A stretch of 63,208 bases of DNA, filler included, from Reclinomonas americana ATCC 50394 (Eukaryota), in assembly GCA_048213135.1 (NCBI GenBank). It is 7 parts of 4 records of this genome, joined end to end, with 100 filler letters (N's around TTAATTAATTAA, not from the genome) between each part and the next. Parts side by side here need not be neighbours in the genome. Positions count along the whole stretch, not along the records: positions 1 to 17,274 come from PS015305.1; 6 more parts are not named here. One strand, 5' to 3'. How positions within the stretch are numbered: the first letter of the stretch is position 1; the number at the start of each line of letters is the position of its first letter. Positions 1-13,428 of this stretch are shown piece after piece. Under the pieces are notes generated by a model. That model saw only the letters and a list, made by a program, of their open reading frames with translations. It did no database searches and was not told where the DNA came from. The position numbers and the translations under genes are program-made.

Positions 1-993
1 GGGCGTTCAGCACGCGAGGCACACGAGCGCAGGGAGACTACACGCAACATTTCCGCCTCCTCGTCGGGTCCCGTAGCCCACGCCGCATCGGTGACCGATG
101 GCAGCACGCCCTCGCGCACCATCTGCCGCACTCGAGTGAGGAGGTTTCTCCATTCCTCGCGGATCTCGGCCGACAGCTGCGTGGGCGGCGACGGCGCCGA
201 CGACGACGACGACAAGCTGTCGCCGCCGCCGTACACGCACTGGCACAGCAAGTGAAACACCTCGCAGTTTCCATTGTCAACTGGGTCGTGCGCTGCACAA
301 TGGCCCCCATGGTGAGCTCAGGCCGCCAGCAACAAAAAACGAAATCATGCACACGCAACGATTGGCCAGGAAGTCGACGGGCGGCACACGCGACACATCC
401 GGCAAGTGCGTGTACACCAGGAAGAACGACAGCTCCAGCAGCGTGTTGATTGTGTGCATGTCGAACACGGGAATGTCGTCGAGCGTCACTGTGCGCGCAG
501 TGTCAACACTCCTCGCATATCCTCGACGACACGACACGAGACGACGCACCGCAAGCATACACAAAGAGATCCCAGCCGAATGTGAACGGCGGCATCTTCT
601 CAAAGTCACTGTGTTTGCCAGGAAGCGAGTGAGTGAGTGACCGAGCGAGAGAGGGCGTTGAGAGAGAGAGAGAGAGACTGTACCTGTGCGAGGGAGCAAC
701 GATACGCTCAAACAGTCGCCGATACTTGCGCGACATGGAGAGCATCACAGTCCACCACGCCGCAAGCTTATCGTACGGATCGCCGTGTGTGCGACTCAGC
801 GAGCGCAGAACGAACTTGGGGCTGCACGAAGCGCGAATGGGAAGGGAAAGGGAGGGAGTGAGTGAGCAGAAGGGTCGATTATCCTCACAGTGAACTGGCG
901 AGTGTGTGTGTGTGCGACTGACTCTGTCTATCGACTCATTCGTTGCTTCTCTCCACTCTTCCCATCCTCTCTCTCCATCTCTCTCTCTCTCTC

Positions 994-1066
<73 letters not shown>

Positions 1067-1815
1067 TAGNNNNNNNNNNNNNNNNNNNNNNNNNNNNNNN
1101 NNNNNNNNNNNNNNNNNNNNNNNNNNNNNNNNNNNNNNNNNNNNNNNNNNNNNNNNNNNNNNNNNNNNNNNNNNNNNNNNNNNNNNNNNNNNNNNNNNNN
1201 NNNNNNNNNNNNNNNNNNNNNNNNNNNNNNNNNNNNNNNNNNNNNNNNNNNNNNNNNNNNNNNNNNNNNNNNNNNNNNNNNNNNNNNNNNNNNNNNNNNN
1301 NNNNNNNNNNNNNNNNNNNNNNNNNNNNNNNNNNNNNNNNNNNNNNNNNNNNNNNNNNNNNNNNNNNNNNNNNNNNNNNNNNNNNNNNNNNNNNNNNNNN
1401 NNNNNNNNNNNNNNNNNNNNNNNNNNNNNNNNNNNNNNNNNNNNNNNNNNNNNNNNNNNNNNNNNNNNNNNNNNNNNNNNNNNNNNNNNNNNNNNNNNNN
1501 NNNNNNNNNNNNNNNNNNNNNNNNNNNNNNNNNNNNNNNNNNNNNNNNNNNNNNNNNNNNNNNCAGTTGATCCTGTGAGAGAAAGAGAGAGTGAGTGTCT
1601 GTGAGAGAGAAAGAGTGAGAGAGGTTTGCGTGTCTGACAAAACATCGCTCTGCGCAGGGAAAGTCGATTGTTGAACGAGCTCCATCGTGCGCTGTCGCGC
1701 GTTCTCCGACACGCCCAACTGTGCGCACACACTCACACAATGAGCGATTGTGTGTGAGAGTGTGAGAGTGTGTGCGCGTGTGACTGACCTTTGCACACAC
1801 TTCGTCAGCGCTCAT
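1..1815 (-). CDS. RBR: Retinoblastoma-related (pocket) protein, N-terminal part; runs off window start
   Basis: Spliced exons read MSADEVCAK|LGVSENARQRTMELV...TVMLSMSRKYRRLFERIV...FTFGWDLFVYA...MHTINTLLELSFFLVY. This resembles the RB/p107 N-terminal region (KKYxxIF...LFNFCWTLFVY...YHLLL). GT-AG introns; N gap 1070-1563. Confidence 0.7.
999..1064. repeat. (GT)n microsatellite; representative of many intronic (CA/GT)n and (GA/CT)n tracts (e.g. 3571-3621, 5465-5530, 17485-17527, 30482-30522)
   Basis: Direct dinucleotide runs, often adjacent to assembly gaps. Confidence 0.95.
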
Positions 1816-2182
1816 CTTCTTACAATTCGCACACGCGCGCGCGAAACGAGAAGAGCGATAACGATCGGTGTGTGTGTGTGTGTGAGTGAGTGAGAGAGCG
1901 AGAGTGTGAGCGATCGATTCGTGTGTGGTGTGCTGTGTGTGTGAGAGAACGAGTGTTTGTCCTCCACGACCAACGAGAGCCGCCACAAGCAATCAAAAAA
2001 ACGCGGGAAAATCGATACCCTCCATACTTTCTCCTTTTTCGTCGTCGTGCGCACAACGAGGCTGCAGAACGTGGCTGACAGCGAGGATGGCGAGGAGGAT
2101 GATGGTGATTGCCGGCACGGGTACATTCGCTGAATATATGTACAAAAAAGTTTCGATATCGGACTTTTTCTGTCTGTCTGTT

Positions 2183-3570
2183 CTACGAGTTGCGCTGCGT
2201 GGACATGCAGAGGCTGAGCTGGATGATGGCGCGAATGGAGGCCTCGAGCGCCGGCGTGGACATTTCGGCGTGCTCGTCCGGTCGTTGCTCGTACCCTGCA
2301 CAGTGAGTGAGAAAAAATCCCGACAGGAGGAAAGAGAAGTTGACGGCGTACCGGAGATGAAGCCGGCGACCATGGTGTCGCGAAGTGCCCAGCGCAGTCT
2401 CATTTGTTGCGCAGTGAGGCCGCTGCCGGCGTCCAGCGCAAACAGGCCCGTGTTCACCTCCTGCGAGCAGAGTGGCCGTGAGCGAGAGAGAGATATTTGT
2501 GTGCAAGTGTGAGAGACAGACCTCGCCGCCCAGCGCGCGCTGCAGCTCGCGTCGCTCCGACTGCACCCACGAGTCAAAGAGTGAATGGTCGCGCTCGTTC
2601 GTGTACTTGGAGATGAACTCGCAGCGGTGGAAGGCCATGTCAAAATCTGCGCGTGTGTGTCGAGGAATCAGCAACACACGTGGTGGCGAAGACGGTGGAG
2701 CAGGCCAAGTCACGCACCGACTGGGGCCAGCAGCTGGCCGTTCGGTTGCTGGCAGCACAAGGGGTGTGAGTGGAAGCAGACGCAGTGGTAAAATGAGTGG
2801 GTTCACACACATACCGGCGGCAGCACGACAAAATTGTTGACGTGCGAGTTGCAGTGCGGCTCGGCCTCGTTGTGATCGGCAAAGTAGCCCCACGAAATGT
2901 CGTTGCGCTCGAGCAGAATCTTGAACTCACCACACTCGCGACCGAGGCGCCAGTACAGATAGGGCAAGTTAAAACCGCCGGCGTGTGCCTGAGAGTCAAA
3001 AAAGTCGGTGCCTCCGTCACACAGACGACATCACAGGCGACGTACAAGCGTCTCACAGGCTTCGCGCCACAGGTGATGCATGTCGGCGGGCAGATCGACG
3101 GGTGGGGAGCCACCGTCGGGTGCGTGCATGCGCAGCAGGCACGGGGCGGCCAGCAAATCCACCAGTGCGTCGGGTTTCATCTGTGCGTTGAAGGGGGGAT
3201 ACGTGAGCGTCACTGGCAATCGACGAACACTCTCTCGCATGTGACGCACTCTCCATGTCTCCTTGGCGGCCCCCGTCACCGAGTCGATGCGATCGGCGTC
3301 CTTGGCCACCAGCAGCTGGTCAACTTGCGGATCAATCTGTGCGCCCATGACGACGACGATGATGAGTGACGACACTCCCTCTGACGAACAGACAACCAAG
3401 CACGCAACATCGGCAACCAGCAGCGGAATGGCCAGCTCGGCACCGGCCAGCAAGTGCGAGGCCAGCCGCTTCTCACCGTGCGTTTTGAACACCACACAGT
3501 ACTTGTCGAGCCGCCGGTCCGTGTACGTCTGCACCGTGCCGCACACCGTCACATCTCGCTCTGTGACACG

Positions 3571-3623
<53 letters not shown>

Positions 3624-4665
3624 GAATCTCCCACAGTCCAGGCGCCGGCAGTTTGACCTCGTCATCCGTCCACATGCTCTCGCCCTCGCCACCCGTGAAA
3701 ATGTTGAGATCGTGAATGTCGTAGCGCCACACGCACACCGGCTCGTTGCCACACACACGACCGTACTCGGCCTGCAGCAACTTGCCAATCTGCTCACTCA
3801 TGAGCAGCTCACGAAAGGCTGTCTGCAGCAGCGCGCATCCTCGAATCTCCCAGTCCAACTCCATCACCGTGTCGCCGCCAAACAGCTCGGAGAACACCTG
3901 GATCTCGCGAATGGGGAAGCCCGGATACGGGAAGCGGAAGTTGCTGCCGCCATTTGACAGAGAAGACCATGAGAAGCAACACGTATGTGCAAGCGAGTGC
4001 GTGCGGAGAAGATACGAAACGGCGCATCCACGTAGTTGCCGCAGCCCTTGAGACGATAAAAGCCGACCTCGCCTGCACACAACAGGGTGAGGCAGTGACC
4101 GCCAGTCACGCAGTGGCAAGAGGCAAGTCACCAGTGTGATCATCGCACAGAGGCAGAATGGCCGATCGCCCGCCTGATCGCAGCCCGCGGACAGCTCCCT
4201 CCGCGGTCTTGAGCAGCGGCTGGCGTAACAGTGGAGGCAGAAGCAGCACTGCAACCCACTCACTCAGTCAGTGTCTCTCACAGGCAGTGACAGATAGACC
4301 ACTCAGAGCTTTCTCGTCACCATCGTCGGGTCGGAAGACACGCAGCGGATCGGCCGCCGGAATGCAATTCAGTGCAAAGGTGAGTGATTGATCCGCATGC
4401 GCATCACGAGAGACGGAGAATGGTCGCGCGCGCAGCTCCAAGTTGGCTAGACCACTCTCCACACGAGTGTCATACTACAGACACACGCGCGAGAATGTGT
4501 GTGTGTGACTGAGTGGGGGAGAGAGAGTCAGAGTGAGTACGCAACAGCCACTGCGCCTGGCACATAGGCAAACGTCTCGCCTCCACCGCCTCCGCGAGAG
4601 CAACCGGCGACACTCAGACGCACTTCAGTGGTGCCAAACAACAGGCGAGACTCTGCGCTCAACAT
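2183..4665 (-). CDS. Uncharacterised multi-exon protein with SelO/YdiU-like kinase-fold motifs
   Basis: Spliced motifs in order: RSGGRSAIL, FYRLKGCGN, EIRGCALLQTAFRELLMSE, GEKRLASH, ISWGY..HCNSHVNNF, LLAPVD|FDMAF. These parallel SelO GDGRA, LKGAG, GRAVLRSTIRE, SHxRFG, HGVMNTDN, DYG. Start codon tentative. Confidence 0.55.
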
Positions 4666-4717
4666 TGATTGTTTTACTGCCTGCTTGTCCTCTTCTGTCT
4701 GTCGACCTTTGTGGACT

Positions 4718-5464
4718 TCACTGGTCGCCCTCATCGCCCGCATCAAACATGTTGCGCAGTCGAGCCGCCTGTCGCATCTCTCGTTGCCGCAGGTTCTCCT
4801 CCACAGCAGGCAGCTTGCTGCGCACAGAACGCAAGCAGATCAGTCACTCACCCAAGTGACTTGCAAAAAACACAAAAGACCTCAGTGCTGCATGCGATGG
4901 ATCCATGGCCGCCAGTGCCAGCAGGTTCTCACGTGCCTCGCCCCACGCGCCATGCTCAATTGCAGCTTCCGAGAGACGCACAAAGGCTTTCGCGTTCGGC
5001 GCCACCTCCAGACTCTGTGTTTCGTGCGCCGTTGTCAGAGTCGAATGAAGACTCGACTAGACCAAAGGACGTGCCTTCTTTCCNNNNNNNNNNNNNNNNN
5101 NNNNNNNNNNNNNNNNNNNNNNNNNNNNNNNNNNNNNNNNNNNNNNNNNNNNNNNNNNNNNNNNNNNNNNNNNNNNNNNNNNNNNNNNNNNNNNNNNNNN
5201 NNNNNNNNNNNNNNNNNNNNNNNNNNNNNNNNNNNNNNNNNNNNNNNNNNNNNNNNNNNNNNNNNNNNNNNNNNNNNNNNNNNNNNNNNNNNNNNNNNNN
5301 NNNNNNNNNNNNNNNNNNNNNNNNNNNNNNNNNNNNNNNNNNNNNNNNNNNNNNNNNNNNNNNNNNNNNNNNNNNNNNNNNNNNNNNNNNNNNNNNNNNN
5401 NNNNNNNNNNNNNNNNNNNNNNNNNNNNNNNNNNNNNNNNNNNNNNNNNNNNNNNNNNNNNNNN

Positions 5465-5533
<69 letters not shown>

Positions 5534-5662
5534 GGGAGTGAGCAAGTGAGAAGGCAAGGGCAGTAGGGAGTGAGGGAGTAAGCGAGTGAGACAGACAGTA
5601 CGTTAATGCATGTGCTGCTGCTGAGCAACTCGACACCGCGACATCACCCAAGTCGAGTTGCT

Positions 5663-5693
<31 letters not shown>

Positions 5694-6149
5694 CTTCACT
5701 TCTCTCTCCACTCTCACTCTCCGCTCACATTGTACACATCCATCATCACTTGCTTCCAGCGCTCTTGCAGCGGGCCCTCCACGTCAGCTGCACACACAGT
5801 GTGAGTGCGAGAGAGACAAGTGAGAAAGTCTCTCACGCAAACACACCAGGCGAAGGCTGCTTCTGTTGCGATGGAGGCACTGAGCCTCCACCGCCTCCGC
5901 CAAACAAGTCCGTCGGCATCCGCGAGTCTCGGAAGAAGCCCAGGCACTGTCACATGTCATCAGCACGCACACTCAAGGAAGAGAGACAGAGAGAGACGCA
6001 CAGACCTTCTTGTACTCAATGACCGCCAATCGCGACTCACCCGCGCGGAACAGCTCATTCCCGCGCACCTTGCACGCCTCACACCACTCCAACCGCCCCT
6101 CAGGTGTCACAGGAAGGCCTTGCACAGGCGGATCAGCTGCTGCGGACAT
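4718..6149 (-). CDS. TPR protein (TTC9/FKBP-TPR-like co-chaperone type); interrupted by gap
   Basis: MSAAADPP...CKVRGNELFRAGESRLAVIEYKK|CLGF...; later SLEVAPNAKAFVRLSEAAIEHGAWGEARENLLALAAMDP...RLRNMFDAGDEGDQ*. Confidence 0.7.
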
Positions 6150-6187
6150 CGATTCTCCTTGCTCTCAGTCACTCAGTCAATCACTCA

Positions 6188-9100
6188 ATGATGGGCGCGA
6201 TGGACGACACGGACACCGTCGTGATCGTTGTGAGTGACTGCACAATGAGCGAACAGTCGCCGCAGATCGAGCTCAAGTACTCAGGGCGCGTATTCCTTTG
6301 GCCTTTTCTCGCTTTACACAAGCGCTTTCGCTGACACTGTAGCCTCCTCGCGCACAGGAACTTCTGGTACGCGGTGGAGACAGCTGTGCCGACGTCCTCC
6401 GATGTGTCTGCCTCGTCTTCTGTGTCGCCCACTCAGCGTCGAGACGAGCTGGCCAGGCGGTTTGTGATGTAGGTAGTCGACTACTGTGTACGCGCGCACT
6501 GCTCACTGGCTTGTGTAGATCGGCGGAGCGTGTTGGGTGCGAGGAACGCGGCAAGGCCAGCACGTGGAGGACAACGGCGGTGGAGGAGGCGGAGAAGTAT
6601 GCTCAGGAGACTGTGGTGAAGAGGTGTGCGGCTCCTGATCCCCCTGCTCCCACGTCCCCCCACTGCTGACTTGCAGTGCGAAGTGCCACCAAGCTGTTGC
6701 AGGATCTGGAGCCACATCATCGCAGTGCGTTGTTGCCTTCGTCGCCGGTGGGCATGACGTCGCCGGAGCGACAGGTCAAGTTCTCGGCGACGACGCAGCC
6801 GGCGTCCTCTGCGTCGCGTGTGATGGCGGGTCGGCTGCGACCGGCCGATGTCGTGCCGATGCCGTTCAAGGACGATTCGGTCGACGAGTTCTGGCGCGAT
6901 CGCAAGGACGCCTATCGACGCATGATGGAGGAAGGTGTGCATCCGAGTAACGACGCGTTGTGTGATTCCCTCCCTTCCTCCCTCATGGTCCGCGCTGCAG
7001 CTGTGATCCCGTCGTACGTGGCGCCGGAGACTCCGCAGATGCCGCCACCGGGATCGTTGTCGGCGCCGATGAGCGCGTCGCGATCGGCGCGGAGTGCGTC
7101 GTCCAGTGTCAGTGCACGCGATATGAGTGGTGGGGGAGGCGGTCACGAACCGGTGGAGATGCGTCGACTGACGTACGTGGCCGACCAGCAAAACACGCTC
7201 ATTCGCACGCTGCGAAAACAGTTGGAGGATGCGCAAAAGGCGGAGCGCGATGCCAAGTCGGTGCTCTCGCAGATGGATCGCCGCCTGCTCGCCAAGTTGC
7301 ACACGCTTTTCTACACAGGATCGCTTCGGTTGACTGACCCGATCGATTGCACAGGGACATTGACGCGAACCTGCTGAAGCGCAAGGATCGAGTCGACTGT
7401 CATGCGCCACTCACCGCGATTCTGCACGAGCCGCCACCCGATCAGCCGCTCATCGGTCAGTGTCTCTCTCAGTGGGTGTGATTGGTATCTCTCTCTAACA
7501 CCACCACACGGCGATGCAGAGGAGGCCGCCAATCGCATGCGCTCGCGAAAGCTGGCCGAGCTGAGACCACAGACAGCGCGTGCTGGTGGCACAGCGGGCG
7601 CGCGGCGAACAGTGTCCGAGAGCCCAGCAGCAGCGCCAAGGGTTGGTGCACCGTGCATACAGGCGTTTCTGTAGCCGCAACTCGCATTCTCACACCGCCC
7701 GCCACAGATACGCCGGAGTCGTCTGACGCGCGCCGCCGACATGGCCAGCAACAATGTGCTGATGAAGAAAGTGCATGAATTTGGCGATGTGCAGGTACGC
7801 AGCAGCGCTCTTCCTGCTCCCATCATCAATCTCACGTTGGTTCTTCCGTGCAGGCCGACTTGTCCTCGGTCTGGCGCGCCGCACACAACCAACTCAAGTC
7901 GGCGGAGAAGACCGTGCGCAACTTAGAGGAGAACATTGCTGAAGGCAGTCTACGAGCCTCCATCGATCTCAAGATCGAGAGCGGCACCACCACGCCCATT
8001 GAGGAGTTGCCGTCGTCGATTGGAGCCTCTCCACTCAGCGGCGGCACCCCGAACATGTCGCCGACTCGAGACGGCGGCGGTGCTGGCGATGGCGCAGTGA
8101 GTGCCACATCTTACTCGTCCAGTCGCTGTGGCTTCGGTTGACACTGACTTTTATTATTTGCCGCAGAACCAAGGGGCTGCTGGAGCTGCATCACTCACGG
8201 CGAGCCTGGCCAAGCTGCTGGCCAGCACGTCAAACTGGGAGCGCGAGCAGACCATGCGCAACAACGCCGGCCTTGTGCGTCAAATGCGGGCACTGACGAG
8301 CGAGGTTTGGAGGCTCCCCCCTTGTCATGGTTGATCGGAGTTTCTCACCGTTACGCCGGGCACACAGATTCGAGACTTGCAAGTCATGGTGCGCAACCGC
8401 ACGAGTACCAAGAGCGAGCTGCCGTCTCTCCTGTTAAAGACCAGCCGCCAATTGGAGGAACTCGTGGACCTGCTCGAACTGCGTGTCAAGAGGCGGCCGG
8501 ACATGGAGTTGCGTCTACCATGCCTTGCTCGCCATCAACTCGTTCTGCACATGTCGCTGACTCGCATCGACGCAGTCCGTTCGAACACGGCGACGGTGCC
8601 GCGGGAGGGGACGGCGCGTCGGGAGCATCGGGAGGGGCTGGGAAAGCCGGCGACGGCGATCGTGACGGTGGTGCCGGTGGTGGTGGTGGTGGACGGCGGG
8701 CGCTGGGCGGGGAAGCCACACAGGAGATCTTCCGTGCCGCTTTCGAGGTGGTGCAGCACCTGGACCAGCGACCCAATCTCAGTGACCGCGCTCGCATGTT
8801 GACGCACTTGATTTACGCCAATCTGCGCGAGGTGGCTGCGAAGCACTGTCTTGGCATTGGTGGAGCGTCGACTGTGGCCAGTGGCGGTCTCGTTGTCGCA
8901 CAGTCGTCGTTGCCGAATGGGCCGACCGTGCTCAAAGTCGTCGACGACGACGAGGACTCGGCGTCGTATGTGAGCGAGGAGCTCATGTCCAGAGTCTCCA
9001 CGCCGGGTGCGCGTAGTTCGTTCTCGGTGGCCGCTCCACAGACGCCGAGTGCGCGACGACCGAGCTCGGCGGCCGAGTCTGCACTCGGCGGTCAGGGCCG

Positions 9101-10065
9101 TCGCAAGATCATTCCGCCGACTGCGGCATTTGAGTGGACGCAGGATGAGGGCACGGCCGATCTCATGTTCCTGGCGAGGTCTGAAGGCGTGCATGGACTC
9201 GCACGCATGTTCAGTGGACACTCACTTACCCTCCTTTCCCCCCTCCAGTAACACACGAACGCTGCTCGTGTCGCTCATGCAAGAGCTGGTCCGCCAGGGA
9301 GACCTGATGTTCCAGGAGACGGAGGAGGCCAAGAAGCGCGCCGAGGCCGAGGTCGTTCAACTGCGCCTCAAGCTGCACGACGTCGAGGATCGCTACAATG
9401 AGCTGGTGGCGCAAAAGAAGGCTGCAGGTCGGTTGTACTCATGACGCAAGAGTGTGCTCTGTGTGTGTGTGTGCTGAAACACCGATGTGTGCAGAGGCGG
9501 CAACGGCACGACAGCAGGCGCTTTTCGAGGCACAGCTGCAGCAACAGCGCGCTCAGGCCGACGCCGTGGTGGCCTCGGTGTCGGTGGCCAGCACGGCAGC
9601 GCAGACATCGGCCGGTGTCGTCGCGCGCTCCGAATGGACGGAAAACAATGGCGAGCCGCCGTTCAAGTCGGCGTGGACACTGACACTGATTCCGGTGCCG
9701 CAACGCGGACCGGCGCCGGTGGTGGTGGCCTCGGCGCACACCGACGCACCATCCAACTCGGACGATGTGCTGGAAGATGGTGCCGACGAGGAGGAACGTC
9801 GGCAGCGCCAAGTGGCCATCATTGCCGCCTTGCAGCAGGAGGTGAGTGGGGGGCGCAGGGGTGGTGGGGTGAGAAAAATGGTGACTGACGACTGTACAGA
9901 GAGAGAAATCCGCACAGCAAGTGCAGGCGCAGGTGCTGATGGCGCGCACCGTCACCAGCTCGGCTGCACAGCAGCATCGCAAAGAGGCGAAGAAGGTTTG
10001 CTTGCTCTGTGTGTTTGTGTTTGTTGGGGCCGGTGTGTGCAGTACGTAATATGGTCGTCCCGTGT
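6188..10065 (+). CDS. Large multi-exon coiled-coil protein of unknown function (5' part; ends at gap)
   Basis: Long codon-biased exons with heptad-rich segments (QQNTLIRTLRKQLEDAQKAE; AEVVQLRLKLHDVEDRYNELV). Start uncertain (6188 or 6245). Confidence 0.55.
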
Positions 10066-10600
10066 NNNNNNNNNNNNNNNNNNNNNNNNNNNNNNNNNNN
10101 NNNNNNNNNNNNNNNNNNNNNNNNNNNNNNNNNNNNNNNNNNNNNNNNNNNNNNNNNNNNNNNNNNNNNNNNNNNNNNNNNNNNNNNNNNNNNNNNNNNN
10201 NNNNNNNNNNNNNNNNNNNNNNNNNNNNNNNNNNNNNNNNNNNNNNNNNNNNNNNNNNNNNNNNNNNNNNNNNNNNNNNNNNNNNNNNNNNNNNNNNNNN
10301 NNNNNNNNNNNNNNNNNNNNNNNNNNNNNNNNNNNNNNNNNNNNNNNNNNNNNNNNNNNNNNNNNNNNNNNNNNNNNNNNNNNNNNNNNNNNNNNNNNNN
10401 NNNNNNNNNNNNNNNNNNNNNNNNNNNNNNNNNNNNNNNNNNNNNNNNNNNNNNNNNNNNNNNNNNNNNNNNNNNNNNNNNNNNNNNNNNNNNNNNNNNN
10501 NNNNNNNNNNNNNNNNNNNNNNNNNNNNNNNNNNNNNNNNNNNNNNNNNNNNNNNNNNNNNNNNNNNNNNNNNNNNNNNNNNNNNNNNNNNNNNNNNNNN

Positions 10601-12038
10601 TACGACTCAAACTCGGTGCGATTGCAGCGCAGCAGGTCGACGGGGATCAAGGGTTTCGCTTCGGAGATGGGGCGACGAGCCGGTGGCGGCACCACATGGC
10701 ACAGATTTTCCACGTAGAGCCACACAAACTCGTCGAGTGTCATCAGTACCTGATTCTCCGCGTCCAAGAGGAGCCTGTGTGCGACAAAGAGTGAGCATGG
10801 CGAGAAATGCAGAGCTCGTAAACGCGGCTGCTCAACTTTTCTGTCAACGACAGCGCCCGCATCTCCTTGTTGCTCTGCACCTCGGCCTCGTGCACCATGT
10901 GATTCAGCTGCTCCATGTACATGGCACACACTTCGCTCTCGTCGACGGACGAGTTGGCGCACTGCGACTTGATCACTGCGCGCGCCGTGTGGATCGGCAA
11001 CTTGGTACCGGCACCGCGCAACGTGTAACCCACGTCCTTCAGGCGCGTCAACAAGTCGCTAGGCACATCCACAGTGAGGCGAATGAAAGCACATAATATT
11101 GGCTGGTCTGCGCTAACGCAACATGGTGCGCTGCATGTAAAACTCACGCAGTTCCGAGAAGAAGAAGCGGTGGAACAGATCGGCGCGCCAGTTCTCTGCA
11201 CTGCGTCCGTACATCTCCAGCGAGGCGATAAAGTCGATCAGATGCTGCGCGCAAGCAAGGTGAGGAATCGTTGGTGGTAGCACAGACACATGTGACAAAT
11301 GTGTGACGCAACACTGGTGCACAGTCGAGGCACTGCGTACTCTTGAAGGAACATCTGGTCATCATCACACACATGTCAGTCAGTCAGTGTGAGAGGTCAG
11401 TCGTCCACGCATTGTTACGAACCTCCTCGAGAGCCATGGGGATCAGCATGTCGAGTTCGGTGTTGGCCAGCGCCGGTGGCAACCAGGCCACTGCCGCCTT
11501 GGCTGCCCCGCTTGCCCACAGACCGTACATGGCGGCGATCTTGCGCATGACCCACGGCGATGGGCGCACCGTGATCTTGTGTGTCTCTGCATGGAGAGTG
11601 AGTGAGTGAGGGTGCTGTGACAATCTCCCTGTGATGAAGAGAAACGACTCACCAACATCCAGCGGACCACGAACACGACCGAGCAAGTAGGCCAGCACGA
11701 GTCGCTGCAAGGGCGTCTGTCGCGCCAACAGCTCATCCAGCGTTGTCTGGTCCAACTGCACCTCCACAGGCTCGGCTTCGTCTGCAACAGAAGAAGTGAG
11801 GAATACAGCACACACACACACACACGGCGTCACTCCTTGCCACAGTACACACCTGCAACATTGCTGCCCACCATGGTCTCTACTGCTGTCGTCTGTGTCG
11901 CAACGGCGTCGGCGGACGGCGAGCCCAGTGGCGACGACGGACCGACACCAGCCAGTGCGAGTGGCGGCGGTGATGCCCCGCGACCCGCTGCCGCAGCGGC
12001 CGCACTGGTCGGCGAGGATGCCGATGCGGTGAATTGCT
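10601..12038 (-). CDS. Internal exons of an unknown protein on a gap-bounded contig; probably the inverted middle of the 6188-12991 gene
   Basis: Exons WVMRKIAAMYGL.., LIDFIASLEMYG..RADLFHRFFFSEL, VLMTLDEFVWLYVENLC are open at both gaps, with no start or stop in the contig. Confidence 0.5.
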
Positions 12039-12058
12039 NNNNNNNNNNNNNNNNNNNN

Positions 12059-12991
12059 TGTATCGCGCATGATTGGAGCGTTTGTCGGCATGCGAAACAT
12101 GGCGCTGGAGCAGGTTCGTTTCAGGAGAGAAGAGAGCAAGAGAGAGAAGATGTTGTGTTGACACATACCATTGCACAGGAGCGGCTCCATCGTGAGGCCA
12201 CTGCGACCTCACCAGACAACCCCTCCTCGGCCTCGTCGTCCAGGCGTGCCGTGGACTCACTGGCCTCCACCGACCCGGCCATGCTGCGCATGTGGGAGAT
12301 CAAGCTGCTCGTCATGCTGATTTCGCCCACGGTGGACACGTCTTTGGTGCGTCTCGCGTGTTTCTTCTCCCAAATACTCCCCCCCAAAAGGAGACACGCA
12401 TGACTGACCCTCTCTCTGCAGCTTCTGGATGTCATGATCTCGTTCTTCGACCTCACCGGATCCAGGAAAGAGATTCAAGAGCCTCTGCCACCTGGACGGC
12501 ACCTGCTCGCCACCGAGGAGTTCGCGCTGACGCCTAGCGAGCTGCAGCGCTTCCTCATTCACGTGCTCGACAGTATGCGTCTGCAGGCGTACCCCGACGA
12601 GGTGCCGCCACTGCCGGCGGTGCGTTCCATCGCTCACGTGGAAAGGGGGCGCAAGAGCTGAGTTCTCACGCACATTTTGTTGGCAACGCAGGTGCTGCGA
12701 GTCATGTACTCGAACAGCAGCCGCCAGCTGCCTCGACTCGACGTGTGGTACCCCGTAGACGCCGCCAGCATGACTTTTGCGGCCTCGGCACTCACCGAGG
12801 AACTTGCACTGCGCGAAATGGATAGGTTAGACCGTGAGCATGACGACGGAGACGACGACGACGCTGGTGATGGCGACGACGGCCGGCGATCGTCGCCGAG
12901 CCGTCTTGGCAAGGACGAAGCCAGCTTTGTTCGGCCCGGTGGTGCGCGACAGATTGTGGTTAGCACGCGGACTGCGGCCGCGGGAACGTAG
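12059..12991 (+). CDS. 3' exons of an unknown protein (acidic C-terminus)
   Basis: Exons AMLRMWEIKLLVMLISP|LLDVMISFFD..|VLRVMYSN..EHDDGDDDDAGD..AAAGT* joined by GT-AG introns. Confidence 0.55.
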
Positions 12992-13428
12992 TACAGCGAA
13001 GGAGCAATGGGTGGTGATACGAGCGAGGCGAAGGGGAGGCTGTTTTTCTTTCGCCCGGCAGCTTCGAGGACGATGGTGAGGCGCGACAAGTTGTGATCTG
13101 CCTGTGCTGCATAGGTGCAGCAGTGTGCCACACCGCGAGGGTGGTGAGAGCGAGGCGAAGGGCGAGGCCAGTTCGTTTGCCCACGGACTCGACAGCCAGC
13201 AGCTGTGTATGCTAGCAGATCGCAGGGGTGTGCGAGGATCAGTGCAGTAAGCCGCCCGGGCGGAGAGTCTCCTCCACTTGAATCGCCCTGTGGACAGATG
13301 GTTGTGCTCCGAGATCACACTCGCGTTGTTGATTGACTGGAGGTGGTACGTAGTGATGGCTACCAGTGGAGCGCCACAATGACTTCTTCATTCACCGAAA
13401 CAGATGAGAAAAGTGATGAAAATGGCTC

